This document shows positions 20,717 to 31,024 of a stretch of DNA of 64,000 nucleotides, in pieces. Both the position numbers and the translations under genes were made by a program. The notes below the pieces were generated by a model that was given only the letters and a program-made list of their open reading frames with translations, was not told the DNA's origin and searched no databases. Position 1 is the stretch's first letter; the number at the start of each line of letters is the position of its first letter. The stretch is from an archaeon (GTDB taxonomy: Archaea > Nanobdellota > Nanobdellia > Woesearchaeales > GW2011-AR9): positions 356,839 through 420,838 of the forward strand of contig JABHSG010000003.1 of NCBI GenBank assembly GCA_018697095.1, written 5' to 3'.

Positions 20717-21181
20717 ATGGATAAAATAAAACCTATCGACAAGAAAATCTTGAAACTAATCCAGGACAAAGATTTGTGTGTTCCCAGGATCACTAAAATA
20801 GCGCATCAGCTAGGTTTACCTACTTCAACTGTGCAAGCAAGAATAAAAAAATTACAGGATATGGATGTGATTAAAGGGTTCACAGTTTTAGTTGATCCTG
20901 AGAAATTAAATAAAGGATATGTAGCATTTGTTTTTGGACAAGCAAAATTAGGAAAAGATATTGATTTAGAAAGTCCTGCAAAAAAATTAGCCAGAATTCC
21001 TCAAGTACAAGAAGTATTTTACATAACTGGTGATTATGATTATTTAGTGAAATTAAGAGTAAGTGATAAAGAAGAATATTTTAAGGTCATTCAAAAAGTT
21101 GCTAAATGTTTTGATTTGCGAGGTAAAGGAATAATTGCTCCTAGATGTTTCAAAGACAGCCCCAAGATAGTTATTGATTAA
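20717..21181 (+). CDS. Lrp/AsnC family transcriptional regulator
   Basis: N-terminal HTH (KILKLIQDKDLCVPRITKIAHQLGLPTSTVQARIKKL) plus a C-terminal RAM/ACT-like domain. Length 154 aa. Confidence 0.8.
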   Translation: MDKIKPIDKKILKLIQDKDLCVPRITKIAHQLGLPTSTVQARIKKLQDMDVIKGFTVLVDPEKLNKGYVAFVFGQAKLGKDIDLESPAKKLARIPQVQEVFYITGDYDYLVKLRVSDKEEYFKVIQKVAKCFDLRGKGIIAPRCFKDSPKIVID

Positions 21182-21278
21182 ATTTATTACAAATAATTAG
21201 AAAATAAAATTAAAAAAACTTTTGCTTAATCAGAAGTAACTCTCAGACATATTTTCAACATCAAAAAGAGCTGTACTA

Positions 21279-22379
21279 TTAATTTTCCAAAACTTCCTTT
21301 AGTGCCAGATAAATTTTATCATTACTTTTTTCATCCTTCACTGCAACCCTAATGAAATCTTGATTAAATTGCGAACTCATTGAAGTAGCATTACGGATGT
21401 AAATATTTTTCTGAATCAACTCTTCACAAACATCTTGTGCTAACTTACCAGTTTCTTTAATTCCAATCAAAATAAAATTTGCACACCCAGGGTATACTCT
21501 TGCTCCTGGCAAACCTTGCAACCTTGCAACAAACTCTTTTCGTAGTTCATTTGTCTTAGAAATTTTCTCCAAGTAATAATCTTCACTTTTCAAAGCTTCA
21601 ATCCCTGCAACTTGCCCAATTAATCCAACTGACCATGGTGGAATGAAAGGTTTAATCATATCAATCACAGTTGAATGCGCAGCCAAGTAACCAACTCTTG
21701 CTCCACTTAATGCATAAACTTTTGACATTGATTTTAGAACAACTAAATTAGGATAATTTACAACTAATGCTTCTACAGATTCTGCTCTGCCAACATAATC
21801 AATGTATGTTTCATCAATAAACAAAATTGTTTCTTTAGGTATTTTAGATAACAATTCTTTTACTTCTATTTTTGTCAAATATACTCCTGTTGGACTATTT
21901 GGGTTCACAATAGCAAGCATATCACTTCCAGCACATCCTTGCACCAACTCATTTACATTAATTTTGAATCCAGCTTCTGGCTTTTGTTTAATCCTTCTAA
22001 TATCTTTTTTCAAGACGTTTTCAAAGATATGAGTGTACTCTCCATACATTGGGTCCAAAATAGATACAGAATCAAATTTGTAGTTTGGAAAAAATGCAAA
22101 CATCAAGTCAGATGATCCACCACCAACAATCAAATTTTCTTTAGGGATTCCTCTCGCTTCTGAAATTGTATTAACTAGTCCTTCTGAGTTTGTTGGTGGA
22201 CTATTTTTAAGTAGCCAAGATAAATGTTCACTAAGTGCATTAATCACGTTCGGTGCTGGTTTAAACCAGGCATCTGTGACGTCAGCTCTAATAATTTCAT
22301 TCTTAGAATCTAATCTGTCAAAGTTTATTCCTACGGCATTAAAGGATGCTCCTCCATGAAAACATTTAATTTTGATCAC
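21279..22379 (-). CDS. PLP-dependent aminotransferase, HisC/CobD-like (class I/II)
   Basis: PLP-lysine motif LKSMSKVYALSGARVGY. N-terminal FHGG. Length 366 aa. Confidence 0.8.
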   Translation of the reverse strand: MIKIKCFHGGASFNAVGINFDRLDSKNEIIRADVTDAWFKPAPNVINALSEHLSWLLKNSPPTNSEGLVNTISEARGIPKENLIVGGGSSDLMFAFFPNYKFDSVSILDPMYGEYTHIFENVLKKDIRRIKQKPEAGFKINVNELVQGCAGSDMLAIVNPNSPTGVYLTKIEVKELLSKIPKETILFIDETYIDYVGRAESVEALVVNYPNLVVLKSMSKVYALSGARVGYLAAHSTVIDMIKPFIPPWSVGLIGQVAGIEALKSEDYYLEKISKTNELRKEFVARLQGLPGARVYPGCANFILIGIKETGKLAQDVCEELIQKNIYIRNATSMSSQFNQDFIRVAVKDEKSNDKIYLALKEVLEN

Positions 22380-22510
22380 CTGTGTTTTTCCTCCAAACCC
22401 GCCATATTTTCAAAAAGGTGTTTAAACATAAATACTTGGTTAACTCTTAATTAAACTAAAGGTTCAACCATTACAAAAAGTTTAAATAAGCGCAGGATAA
22501 TTACAAATAC

Positions 22511-23368
22511 ATGGCTTTAGCAGTTATTGACAAAAGATATGGGGAAGCTACTAAAACCACGCATGACTTGATTCTTTTAGTTCTAGCCAAAGAATATCCC
22601 TTAACTATTGGTCAGATCACAAAAAGAATCAAGGTCAGCTTCAAGGTCAAAATAACCTTTCAAGCTATTCGTAAAAGTCTTAACATTCTTGTAGGAAGAA
22701 AAGTACTCAAAGTACTAGGTCAGAACTACCAAATAGATAAAAATTATGTGACTGAATTAAAAAGGCTAAGTGATCAGTTAATGACTAATTATTATCCAGG
22801 TGAAGATAAAACTCAAAAATCAATTCCTAAAGAACAAGTTCACTCTGAGTTCATTTTTGATAATCTGATTCAAGCAGATCAATATTGGTCAGAAGTAGTT
22901 TTACATTGGGCATACAACCTAAAAGAAGAAGATGATCATAGATTTTTCTTTCACGGACCTCATTGTTGGTATGTCTTTGGTCATTTGGGATTAGAGAGTG
23001 AATTCCTTCTAAAATTAAATTCACTTGGTGTCAAGTCGTACTACCTTATTGAAAACGATACATTGCTTGATCGGTGGACAAAACAATTTTACGAAGATCA
23101 CAAGGTAAAGTATATTACAAAAAAAAATGGTTCAACAGAAATGAAAACCGCGCTTGGTGTTTTTGGTAATTCAATAATTCAATATGATTATCCTGAAGAA
23201 TTAAATAAGTCAATTAACAATTTTTATAATTCTAGTAAGAAAGTATCTTCTATTAATTTGACAAAGATAGCTCATGCACTAAAATTTAAAGTTAAATTAA
23301 AATTATTTGTAATGAAAAATAATATTATTGCGAACAAAATTAAAAGAGAGATTATAACCAATTTTTAA
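22511..23368 (+). CDS. hypothetical protein with possible N-terminal winged helix
   Basis: 285-aa ORF. Only a weak wHTH-like N-terminus. Confidence 0.35.
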   Translation: MALAVIDKRYGEATKTTHDLILLVLAKEYPLTIGQITKRIKVSFKVKITFQAIRKSLNILVGRKVLKVLGQNYQIDKNYVTELKRLSDQLMTNYYPGEDKTQKSIPKEQVHSEFIFDNLIQADQYWSEVVLHWAYNLKEEDDHRFFFHGPHCWYVFGHLGLESEFLLKLNSLGVKSYYLIENDTLLDRWTKQFYEDHKVKYITKKNGSTEMKTALGVFGNSIIQYDYPEELNKSINNFYNSSKKVSSINLTKIAHALKFKVKLKLFVMKNNIIANKIKREIITNF

Positions 23369-23407
23369 TAAAGAAATATTATTTAGAAATTTAAAATAAT
23401 TACAAAC

Positions 23408-23827
23408 TTACTCTGCCTTAGCAGCAGGTGATGGAGTTTCAGGTGCTTTTGTTTCAACTGCAACCTTTGCTTCAACTTTTTTCTCTTCTACTTTAGCAGG
23501 TTTTGCCTTAACAGCTTTCTTCTCTACTTTCTTAGAATCAGATTTTTTAGAACTTGTTTTCTTAGCGTCAACAAGACTTGCACGAACAACGCCTTCTTTG
23601 TCTTTAACTGCAAATACTTTGATGTGGTGCGGAGGGTTCTTTCCACCATGTTTCCACATTTCTTCGTTAACAGCTTTGTCTAGACGAATATCTGAGGATT
23701 TCATGTGTTTAGCAAGAAATTCTTTTGCAGCAGTAACTGCTTTTTTGGTTTTTCTCCAACGTGGAACTTTTTGAAATGCCCGTCTAACTGGGATGTTATA
23801 AGTTCTTTCGATTGTATCTGCTGCCAT
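23408..23827 (-). CDS. rpl31e: 50S ribosomal protein L31e with Lys-rich C-terminal extension
   Basis: ERTYNIPVRRAF...KAVNEEMWKHGGKNPPHHIKV matches L31e. About 50 extra residues at the C-terminus are K/A/E-rich. Confidence 0.85.
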   Translation of the reverse strand: MAADTIERTYNIPVRRAFQKVPRWRKTKKAVTAAKEFLAKHMKSSDIRLDKAVNEEMWKHGGKNPPHHIKVFAVKDKEGVVRASLVDAKKTSSKKSDSKKVEKKAVKAKPAKVEEKKVEAKVAVETKAPETPSPAAKAE

Positions 23828-23894
23828 AAATTACTCCGTCATTTGTGGCTCAAAAATTTGCAAACAAATTTTTTTCTGCCATTTTTTAATTAAT

Positions 23895-24068
23895 TTATAA
23901 TTTGATGTTTGTTCGTCTCCAACTACGCTTAACATGAGTTAATCGTGATGGGTGTACTCTTTTTCCTTTCCCATAAGTTTTCAAAACTGTCCAAAAAGGA
24001 GCCCATCTAGTTTGGAAACCTCGCTTAAGTAAACGTTTTTTGAGTGATGGGTGTTTGTTTCGTGCCAT
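23895..24068 (-). CDS. rpl39e: 50S ribosomal protein L39e (absent from the ORF track; 57 aa)
   Basis: Hand translation of the minus strand gives MARNKHPSLKKRLLKRGFQTRWAPFWTVLKTYGKGKRVHPSRLTHVKRSWRRTNIKL, a clear L39e. It lies between the S19e and L31e genes. Confidence 0.85.
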   Translation of the reverse strand: MARNKHPSLKKRLLKRGFQTRWAPFWTVLKTYGKGKRVHPSRLTHVKRSWRRTNIKL

Positions 24069-24087
24069 AGTAGTATTTTAAAATGAT

Positions 24088-24624
24088 TTATTCTTGAGTT
24101 TTTTCGCTAGCTTCAGGTTTTTCTTCAGCTTTAGGTGCTTCTTTTTTTGGAGCAGCAGCTTTAGTTTTAGCTGGTCGACTCTCTTTGTAAATTCCAACTG
24201 CAATCTTGTCAAGAAAACTTGTTCCTTTAGGGGTCAAGATTCTTCCTTTGAAACTGCCTTTTTGAGTTTGCGATATTAATCCACTTTTCTCAAGTTGTTG
24301 TAAAATTTTACGAATAATAGATCCTGATGCTTTGTAAAAGTGTCCAGGCTTGTGTCCACGGTTCTTCTTTCCACCAAATTTGTGACGAAGTTTTTGTGTT
24401 CCAATAGGTCCAGTTGCTGCTACACTTCTTAAAATTGCAGCTGAACGAACAAACCACCAATCAGGGTTGTCAGGTAAACGTTCTTTGTGGTGCCCAGTTT
24501 TAACAAACTGTGCCCATTCTGTTGCTTCAACAGATCCTTCGGTTTTAAGTGCATCAGCTGCTTTCTCAATGAGTTTTCCAGCATCTACACGCATAATGTG
24601 AGTCATAAGACCTCCGCGACCCAT
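24088..24624 (-). CDS. rps19e: 30S ribosomal protein S19e with Lys-rich C-tail
   Basis: PDWWFVRSAAILR...FGGKKNRGHKPGHFYKASGSIIRKILQQLEKSGLI is the S19e signature. Confidence 0.85.
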   Translation of the reverse strand: MGRGGLMTHIMRVDAGKLIEKAADALKTEGSVEATEWAQFVKTGHHKERLPDNPDWWFVRSAAILRSVAATGPIGTQKLRHKFGGKKNRGHKPGHFYKASGSIIRKILQQLEKSGLISQTQKGSFKGRILTPKGTSFLDKIAVGIYKESRPAKTKAAAPKKEAPKAEEKPEASEKTQE

Positions 24625-24773
24625 TTTGTTTATAAAGCTTGCGGTGATCCTTAACGGATCAGCTCAAGTTCAGCAAGATTTCCTTGCTGTGGCTTTCTGT
24701 ACGTAGCAAGAAAATTCAGTAAGATTCTCTTACCTCCACAACTTATTTAAGCAAAATCAAGTATTTTCCCTAA

Positions 24774-25112
24774 ATGAAATTCCAAGAAATAAATAGTAAA
24801 GCTGTAAAAATCACAATCAATGAAACAATTGATGGGGAAAACCAAGAAATTGCAAGAGCTTTCATATTTTTAATAACTAACGCGCTTCACGACAAACCAT
24901 ATGGTTTATTAGAGGATGTTTATGTGCAGGAATCTCATCGAGGCAAAGGCCTTGGTAAACAAATAACTAATGAAGCAATCAAAAAAGCAAAAGAGCTTGG
25001 CTGCTATAAATTCATTTGTACTTCCAGGTTCCCAAAAGAATTCATACACGAGATGTATGAAAAATTAGGTTTCACAAAACACGGTTTCGAGTTCCGTATG
25101 AATTTAGATTGA
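24774..25112 (+). CDS. GNAT family N-acetyltransferase
   Basis: Acetyl-CoA binding motif HRGKGLGKQI. Length 112 aa. Confidence 0.65.
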   Translation: MKFQEINSKAVKITINETIDGENQEIARAFIFLITNALHDKPYGLLEDVYVQESHRGKGLGKQITNEAIKKAKELGCYKFICTSRFPKEFIHEMYEKLGFTKHGFEFRMNLD

Positions 25113-25220
25113 ACCTTCTATTTCTACTCAAACTTTCATTAGCTCTCAACTTGTTGAAAAGTTTAGCAGGTCTGAACATAATTGCAAAACCCTTATAACC
25201 ACTTCTTCTTGATTTTATAC

Positions 25221-26570
25221 ATGAAATTATTTGGAACTGACGGTATTCGTGGTAAAGCAAATGTTTATCCAATCACTGCTGAAATGGCTCTTAAACTCGG
25301 TAAGGCAGTTGGTATTGTGTTTCGCAATGGAAAAAAAACCAAAACCAAAATAATTATTGGTAAAGATACTCGGCTCAGTGGTTATTTAATTGAATCAGCA
25401 TTAGTAGCTGGTCTTGTATCAGTAGGTGTTGATGCATACCTTGTTGGTCCAATGCCAACTCCAGCAGTTGCACACTTAACAAAAAGTTTTGCAGCAGACG
25501 CAGGAATTGTAATTACTGCCTCGCACAATCCTTACATGGACAACGGGATAAAATTCTTTGATCGTCATGGCTGGAAAATTGACAATGAAACTATAAACAA
25601 AATTGAAGAATTGACTTTACAAGAAAATATCAGTACTCAAAATATTACTGGTGATCAAATTGGTCAGGCCCACAGAATTGATGACGCCAGAGGCCGATAC
25701 ATTGAGTTTGCTAAAAACTCCATCAATAACCGATCTTTAGCAGGGATCAAAGTAGTTCTTGACTGTGCAAATGGCGCAGCGTACAATATTGCAAAATTTA
25801 TTCTAAAAGAATTAGGAGCACAAGTAATCACACTTAATGCGAGTCCAAATGGAAGAAACATTAATGATAACTGCGGTGCAACACATCCTGAACTTATTGC
25901 AAAAGAAGTTATTAATCATAATGCTAACTGTGGGATTGCTCTTGATGGTGATGCTGATAGGATTGTTATGGTCGATGAAAATGGAAATGTTTTGGACGGG
26001 GATTTTATTATAGCAATTGCTGCAAATTATCTCAAACAAACAAACTCTCTTACTAATAACACTGTTATCCAAACTGTGATGGTTAACCAAGGCTTCGTTT
26101 CTTCAATGAATCAGCTTGGCATAAAAACTATTCAAACCAAAGTTGGTGACAAGCACGTTCTCAAAAAAATGCGTGAATTAGGGGCTGTACTTGGTGGAGA
26201 ACAATCAGGTCACATTGCATTTTTAGAGCATTGCACTACTGGCGATGGTATGATCACTGGTCTTAAAATACTTGATATCATGCAAAAAACCCAAAAACCA
26301 CTTAGCGAACTTTCAAAAGTTATGACTAAATTTCCTCAAGTCCTAATTAATCTTGAAGTAAAACAAAAACCTGCTTTGGAATCACTTTCTACTCTTAATC
26401 AATTAATCACTAACGCAAAAAATCAACTTCAAGATACTGGGAAAGTTTTAGTTCGTTATTCTGGAACTCAAATGCAATTACGTGTTATGGTACAAGGGCA
26501 AGACAAAGAGCAAATAACAATCCTCGCTCAAGAAATCGCAGATCATGCTAAAAAAGTAATTAATGTATGA
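25221..26570 (+). CDS. glmM: phosphoglucosamine mutase / phosphohexomutase
   Basis: Start moved to the internal Met (MKLFGTDGIRG). Active-site Ser in TASHNPYMDNGIKFF. Four-domain phosphohexomutase length. Confidence 0.8.
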   Translation: MKLFGTDGIRGKANVYPITAEMALKLGKAVGIVFRNGKKTKTKIIIGKDTRLSGYLIESALVAGLVSVGVDAYLVGPMPTPAVAHLTKSFAADAGIVITASHNPYMDNGIKFFDRHGWKIDNETINKIEELTLQENISTQNITGDQIGQAHRIDDARGRYIEFAKNSINNRSLAGIKVVLDCANGAAYNIAKFILKELGAQVITLNASPNGRNINDNCGATHPELIAKEVINHNANCGIALDGDADRIVMVDENGNVLDGDFIIAIAANYLKQTNSLTNNTVIQTVMVNQGFVSSMNQLGIKTIQTKVGDKHVLKKMRELGAVLGGEQSGHIAFLEHCTTGDGMITGLKILDIMQKTQKPLSELSKVMTKFPQVLINLEVKQKPALESLSTLNQLITNAKNQLQDTGKVLVRYSGTQMQLRVMVQGQDKEQITILAQEIADHAKKVINV

Positions 26571-26667
26571 TTTTTACAATTCAAATTATAGCTCAAAAGT
26601 CCTCCAAAAACATATACATAGTATGCAATAGATTTGTAAACTAAAAAGAATAAAGAAGGTGTTTGAT

Positions 26668-27867
26668 ATGAAAGTAATTATTTTAGCAGCAGGCAAAGCA
26701 ACTAGGATAACTCCATTTTCTCAAACTAAACCAAAGGCTCTAATTAAACTCGCAAATATTCCTCTTCTTGAGCACACTTTCAAAGCGCTTACAAAAGTTA
26801 CTCCAATGGTAACTGATGTTATCTTAGTTACTGGCTACAAAGAAGCTATGATCAAAGAGCATTTCAAAGATTCTTATGAAAATATTTCTATCTCTTATGT
26901 TACTCAGCATGAGCAAAAAGGAACAGGGCACGCAGCCCTTCAAGCAAAAGAATTTTTCAAAACCCCTAATGAACAATTTCTTCTTCTCAATGGTGATGAT
27001 ATTTATTCTTGGCAAGATCTCCAAAGTCTAACTCAATTCCCAAGCACCATCCTTCTTCAAGAAAAAGAAGATGTATCAGCTTTTGGTGTTGTCGAGGTAA
27101 CGCAGCAAATAGTTCATCTAAATAATCAAGATGTAATTGTTCATAAAGTAAAATCTTTTGTGGAAAAACCTCAGGGCGTTCCTCCATCTAATTTTATCAA
27201 TACTGGTGCATTTGCTTTTACAAGCAAACTCTTTCCAATTCTCGAAGATTTGAGAGAATCACCACGTGGTGAGTATGAATTAACTGATGCTGTAAAAGCT
27301 CTTGCAAAGCAAGATAAAATGCATGCTATCTTCACAAAACATTTGTGGTCTCCAGTAGGTTATCCTTGGAATATTATTGAAACAACAAAATTACTTTTAG
27401 AAAAAAGACTTAACAACCAAATTTTTCATCATGGAACTGTTTCTTCAGGCGCTGTTATTGAGGAAGATGTATCTATTGATCGCGGTAGCAAAATTGCTAA
27501 AGGAGTTAGGATAACTGGTCTTGTGGCAATTGGAAAAAATGTTACAATTAAAGAAAATTGTACAGTCTCTGGAACTGTTGCAATTGCTGATAATTCAGTC
27601 ATAGAAAAGAACTGCATCATTTCAAATACTATCATTGGGTCATCCACAATTGTCAAACAAAATTGTCGTCTTCACGATTCTGTGATTGGAGATAGTGTAA
27701 TCATCCAAGAAAACATTGCCACAAATACTATCTTACCAGACCAAACAATCAAAGTACAAATCAAAGGAAAACTTTTTGATACCAAACTTCATCAACTAGG
27801 TGCTTTTATCGCCGACAAAATTCAATTAAATCAGAATACAAATCCAGGTGAAATTGTTTTAGGTTAA
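26668..27867 (+). CDS. bifunctional sugar-1-phosphate nucleotidyltransferase / hexapeptide-repeat acyltransferase (archaeal GlmU-like)
   Basis: N-terminal NTP-transferase motif MKVIILAAGKATR. C-terminal left-handed β-helix hexapeptide repeats (VIGDSVIIQENIATN...). Confidence 0.75.
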   Translation: MKVIILAAGKATRITPFSQTKPKALIKLANIPLLEHTFKALTKVTPMVTDVILVTGYKEAMIKEHFKDSYENISISYVTQHEQKGTGHAALQAKEFFKTPNEQFLLLNGDDIYSWQDLQSLTQFPSTILLQEKEDVSAFGVVEVTQQIVHLNNQDVIVHKVKSFVEKPQGVPPSNFINTGAFAFTSKLFPILEDLRESPRGEYELTDAVKALAKQDKMHAIFTKHLWSPVGYPWNIIETTKLLLEKRLNNQIFHHGTVSSGAVIEEDVSIDRGSKIAKGVRITGLVAIGKNVTIKENCTVSGTVAIADNSVIEKNCIISNTIIGSSTIVKQNCRLHDSVIGDSVIIQENIATNTILPDQTIKVQIKGKLFDTKLHQLGAFIADKIQLNQNTNPGEIVLG

Positions 27868-27923
27868 ATAATTTATTTTATCTTCTTCCAAGCCATTTCA
27901 ATCATTATTTCTTTTCTATTTTC

Positions 27924-28709
27924 TCATTTTGCAGTTTTCCAAAGTGCTGCAAATTGCGCTCTATAACTTTTTGCACTAGTTTTATCTTTAAGCAAAAAGC
28001 AAATTGGGCTGCCATGTACGTGCATGGTCACAACATAATCTCCACTAACTAAAATCCAGGCTGGACTCTCGTCTCCTTTTTCTAAATATTTTACTTTTGC
28101 ACGTGAAAAAGAATTTTTTGCCTTTTGTTTCATCCCACCATTATATAATATTTTAATTGGAACTTTTGCTTCTTCGCGTCTTTCATTCCAGTCATACAAA
28201 TATCCTTTGAATTTGTCTAATGCTTCTTGTGGAGCTCCTAAAACAAGTACTTCTTCGTGTTTAACGCCTTCACTTCCTTTAGAAACTTCTGATAAAATGA
28301 ATTCATAACATGTTTTAAATCCTTTAATTCCTTCAAACACTTCTGCATGTACTTCTTCTCTTGTTTGCGTAAATTCTTCTTCAAGTATTGGCATGATCTC
28401 TTTGAGTTTTTTCTCTTTCAAAGACAAACGTGCCATCTCTGATTGAACAAATCTAAGCAAATTTTTTGGATCTTGTGCTGCAAACTCCTTGACTTTGTTA
28501 CGTACAACATATGAAACAAGTCCCTTCAAAATTAGTTTGTCAAGTACTTGGTATACTTTTCCTGAACCAACACCTGATTTTTTAACAATGCTTCCAGTTG
28601 TAGACTGTCCAAGTCCAAGTAGTGCAAAATAAACCTTCACTTCTGATCCAGTAAACCCTAGCCCTTCCAAAAGCCCACCGTACTCTAAAATTAAATTATC
28701 ACTTACCAT
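27924..28709 (-). CDS. TrmB family sugar-responsive transcriptional regulator
   Basis: N-terminal TrmB-type wHTH (GFTGSEVKVYFALLGLGQSTTGSIVKKSGVGSGKVYQVLDKLILKGLV) plus a C-terminal sensor-like domain. Confidence 0.65.
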   Translation of the reverse strand: MVSDNLILEYGGLLEGLGFTGSEVKVYFALLGLGQSTTGSIVKKSGVGSGKVYQVLDKLILKGLVSYVVRNKVKEFAAQDPKNLLRFVQSEMARLSLKEKKLKEIMPILEEEFTQTREEVHAEVFEGIKGFKTCYEFILSEVSKGSEGVKHEEVLVLGAPQEALDKFKGYLYDWNERREEAKVPIKILYNGGMKQKAKNSFSRAKVKYLEKGDESPAWILVSGDYVVTMHVHGSPICFLLKDKTSAKSYRAQFAALWKTAK

Positions 28710-28977
28710 GGTGGTAGTAAAAATGCTCCCTTCTAAAAAACTTACTACTACTTTGGTGGTAGCGATCCTTTTTAACCAAAACTACCTTTATTTAATTTCC
28801 AGAAAGCAGTGGTGGTTTTCTTGCATGTTTTGTAATGCTCATGTGAGGTGATTTACTGCTTACGCTAAAAGAGCAAGGTTGAGGGACCTTGCTTTCTTAG
28901 CTCTTTTTTCTTTTAAAAATTAATAATCAAAAAACAACACAAATATAAAGCGAAATTCTTTCTTTACTTACGGTGTA

Positions 28978-30615
28978 TTGATGGCGAAAAAAACAAAGCG
29001 TATTCCTAAAAAAAAAATCTCTAGTTCTAAATCTAAAAAAGTAGTTCACAAATCTAAACCAAAAAAGCGTATCACTCGTAAATCTCATTCTTCAATCCCT
29101 AAAGATGTTTGTTCGCTTCGTCATGGTAAGGAACGTGAAGAATTCATTGTCAAAGAAATTCACATTGAAACTGGTGGAATTATTGTTTGCCTACTTCTTG
29201 CTTCACAAGCAAAACAACTAGATCTGCGCTCTGGAGATCGTGTTCTTCTAAAAAACAAAAAAAAACATATCACAGCGATTTTAGATACAACTCATTCAAA
29301 TGCAACAGTTCCATGTAATAGTATTGGTTTATTTGAAGAAACCAGGCAAAAACTCAAAGTAAAAAATGGACAAAAAATTCACATTGAATATATCGGAAAA
29401 CCAAAAGCAGTTTCCTATATTAAGAAAAAAGTACACGGTCATCCATTAAGTAAATCAGAATTAACAATTATTATTCAAGCGTTTGTAGATGATAAATTAA
29501 CTGATATTGAAAAAACTGCTTTTGTAATGGCAGCGAATCATCATGGGTTCTCAGCAAAAGAAACAGCTGATCTTACACGTGCTATGGTTAGTACTGGATC
29601 CACTATAGAGTTCAAAAATAAATTAGTGATTGACAAACATTGTATTGGTGGTGTTCCAAACAATCGTACAACAATGATTGTAGGTCCAATTATTTCAGTA
29701 GCTGGCCTTACTATGCCAAAAACTAGTTCTCGTGCAATCACAAGTCCTGCTGGAACTGCTGACACAATGGAATGCCTAGCGAACGTGGAACTCACAAAAA
29801 AGCAAATCATGAATACTGTGAAAAAAGCAGGTGTTTGTCTTATTCATGGTGGTTCATTAAATCTTGCTCCAGCTGATGAAAAAATTATTGATATAGAGCG
29901 TCTTCTAAGTATCGACGCTACAGGTCAACTTCTAGCCTCAGTTATGGCGAAAAAGGCTAGCGTCGGCTCCAAAATAGTTCTAATTGATATTCCTAAGGGC
30001 CCATCAACAAAAACTCCAACAACAAAATTAGCAAATGATTTGAAAGAAAAATTCATCGCGCTTGGTAAAAATTTAGGTATCAAAGTTCACGCAATAATTA
30101 CTGATGGCCGTCAGCCTATCGGTAGCGGTGTTGGTCCAGTTCTTGAGGCAAAAGATGTAATGCGTGTTCTAAAACGTGATCATGACGCCCCAAAAGACCT
30201 AGAAGAAAAATCTTTGGTGATGGCAGGCATACTGCTTGAACTAGCAAAAAAATCCAAGAAGGGACATGGTTACAAAATGGCAAGAGATATTTTGCATTCC
30301 GGAAAAGCGTTCACTGCAATGAAAAAAATCATTAAGTTGCAAGGCAAAGTTTCACCACCTCCACTTGGAGATAAAATTCATCATATCAAAGCAAAAAAGT
30401 CAGGCAAAATAAAATCCATTGATAATATTGCAATTGCTAGGATTGCAAGAGTAGCTGGAGCACCATTCGATAAAGGAGCTGGACTTTATCTTTATAAAAA
30501 AATTGGACATAAAGTGAAAAAAGGAGATCTCTTGTTCACAATTTATGCTTACAGTACAGATAAGTTGAGACTTGCTAAAAATCTAGTAAAAGAAACAAAA
30601 GCAATTACTTACTAA
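28978..30615 (+). CDS. deoA: AMP phosphorylase / type II thymidine phosphorylase family, with ~45-aa Lys-rich N-terminal extension
   Basis: Glycosyltransferase family 3 core motifs (HCIGGVPNNRTTMIVGPIISVAGLTMPKTSSRAITSPAGTADTMECL). An N-terminal α/β domain is present. No in-frame internal start lies before the conserved region. Confidence 0.8.
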   Translation: MMAKKTKRIPKKKISSSKSKKVVHKSKPKKRITRKSHSSIPKDVCSLRHGKEREEFIVKEIHIETGGIIVCLLLASQAKQLDLRSGDRVLLKNKKKHITAILDTTHSNATVPCNSIGLFEETRQKLKVKNGQKIHIEYIGKPKAVSYIKKKVHGHPLSKSELTIIIQAFVDDKLTDIEKTAFVMAANHHGFSAKETADLTRAMVSTGSTIEFKNKLVIDKHCIGGVPNNRTTMIVGPIISVAGLTMPKTSSRAITSPAGTADTMECLANVELTKKQIMNTVKKAGVCLIHGGSLNLAPADEKIIDIERLLSIDATGQLLASVMAKKASVGSKIVLIDIPKGPSTKTPTTKLANDLKEKFIALGKNLGIKVHAIITDGRQPIGSGVGPVLEAKDVMRVLKRDHDAPKDLEEKSLVMAGILLELAKKSKKGHGYKMARDILHSGKAFTAMKKIIKLQGKVSPPPLGDKIHHIKAKKSGKIKSIDNIAIARIARVAGAPFDKGAGLYLYKKIGHKVKKGDLLFTIYAYSTDKLRLAKNLVKETKAITY

Positions 30616-30643
30616 GAATTCTTTATCATTAAGAAAAAACCAA

Positions 30644-30994
30644 TCAAACACTTTGAACTTCTTTTTTCTTACGTCTCATTCGTGCCTTAAGATTATATTC
30701 ACGCTGTCTTTCTTGATGGTAAGAACAAAATTTAATCTTGTCAAGAGCTTGATTATTACATCGGACACAAATCCCTGCATCTAATTTTTGATGATACAAT
30801 TTTTTACGCTCCTTAAGAAGCCTTTTTTGATTGGAATGGTAAAACTTCAAGAATCTGTTTGGATACTCTAAACACTTTCCTTTAGCTCCTTTAAGTTTCT
30901 TTTTAGAAACCCCAGCTCCTCTTCGTACTTTAGATACTCCTTTTGAGACAGCAGCTTTTAGTTTCTTCCATACCATTATATGAATCAAAAACAA
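30644..30994 (-). CDS. small basic zinc-ribbon protein
   Basis: Four Cys (C..C...C..C) in a K/R-rich 116-aa ORF. Confidence 0.4.
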   Translation of the reverse strand: MFLIHIMVWKKLKAAVSKGVSKVRRGAGVSKKKLKGAKGKCLEYPNRFLKFYHSNQKRLLKERKKLYHQKLDAGICVRCNNQALDKIKFCSYHQERQREYNLKARMRRKKKEVQSV

Positions 30995-31024
30995 ACACTT
31001 AGAATATAAACGTTACGACTAATC

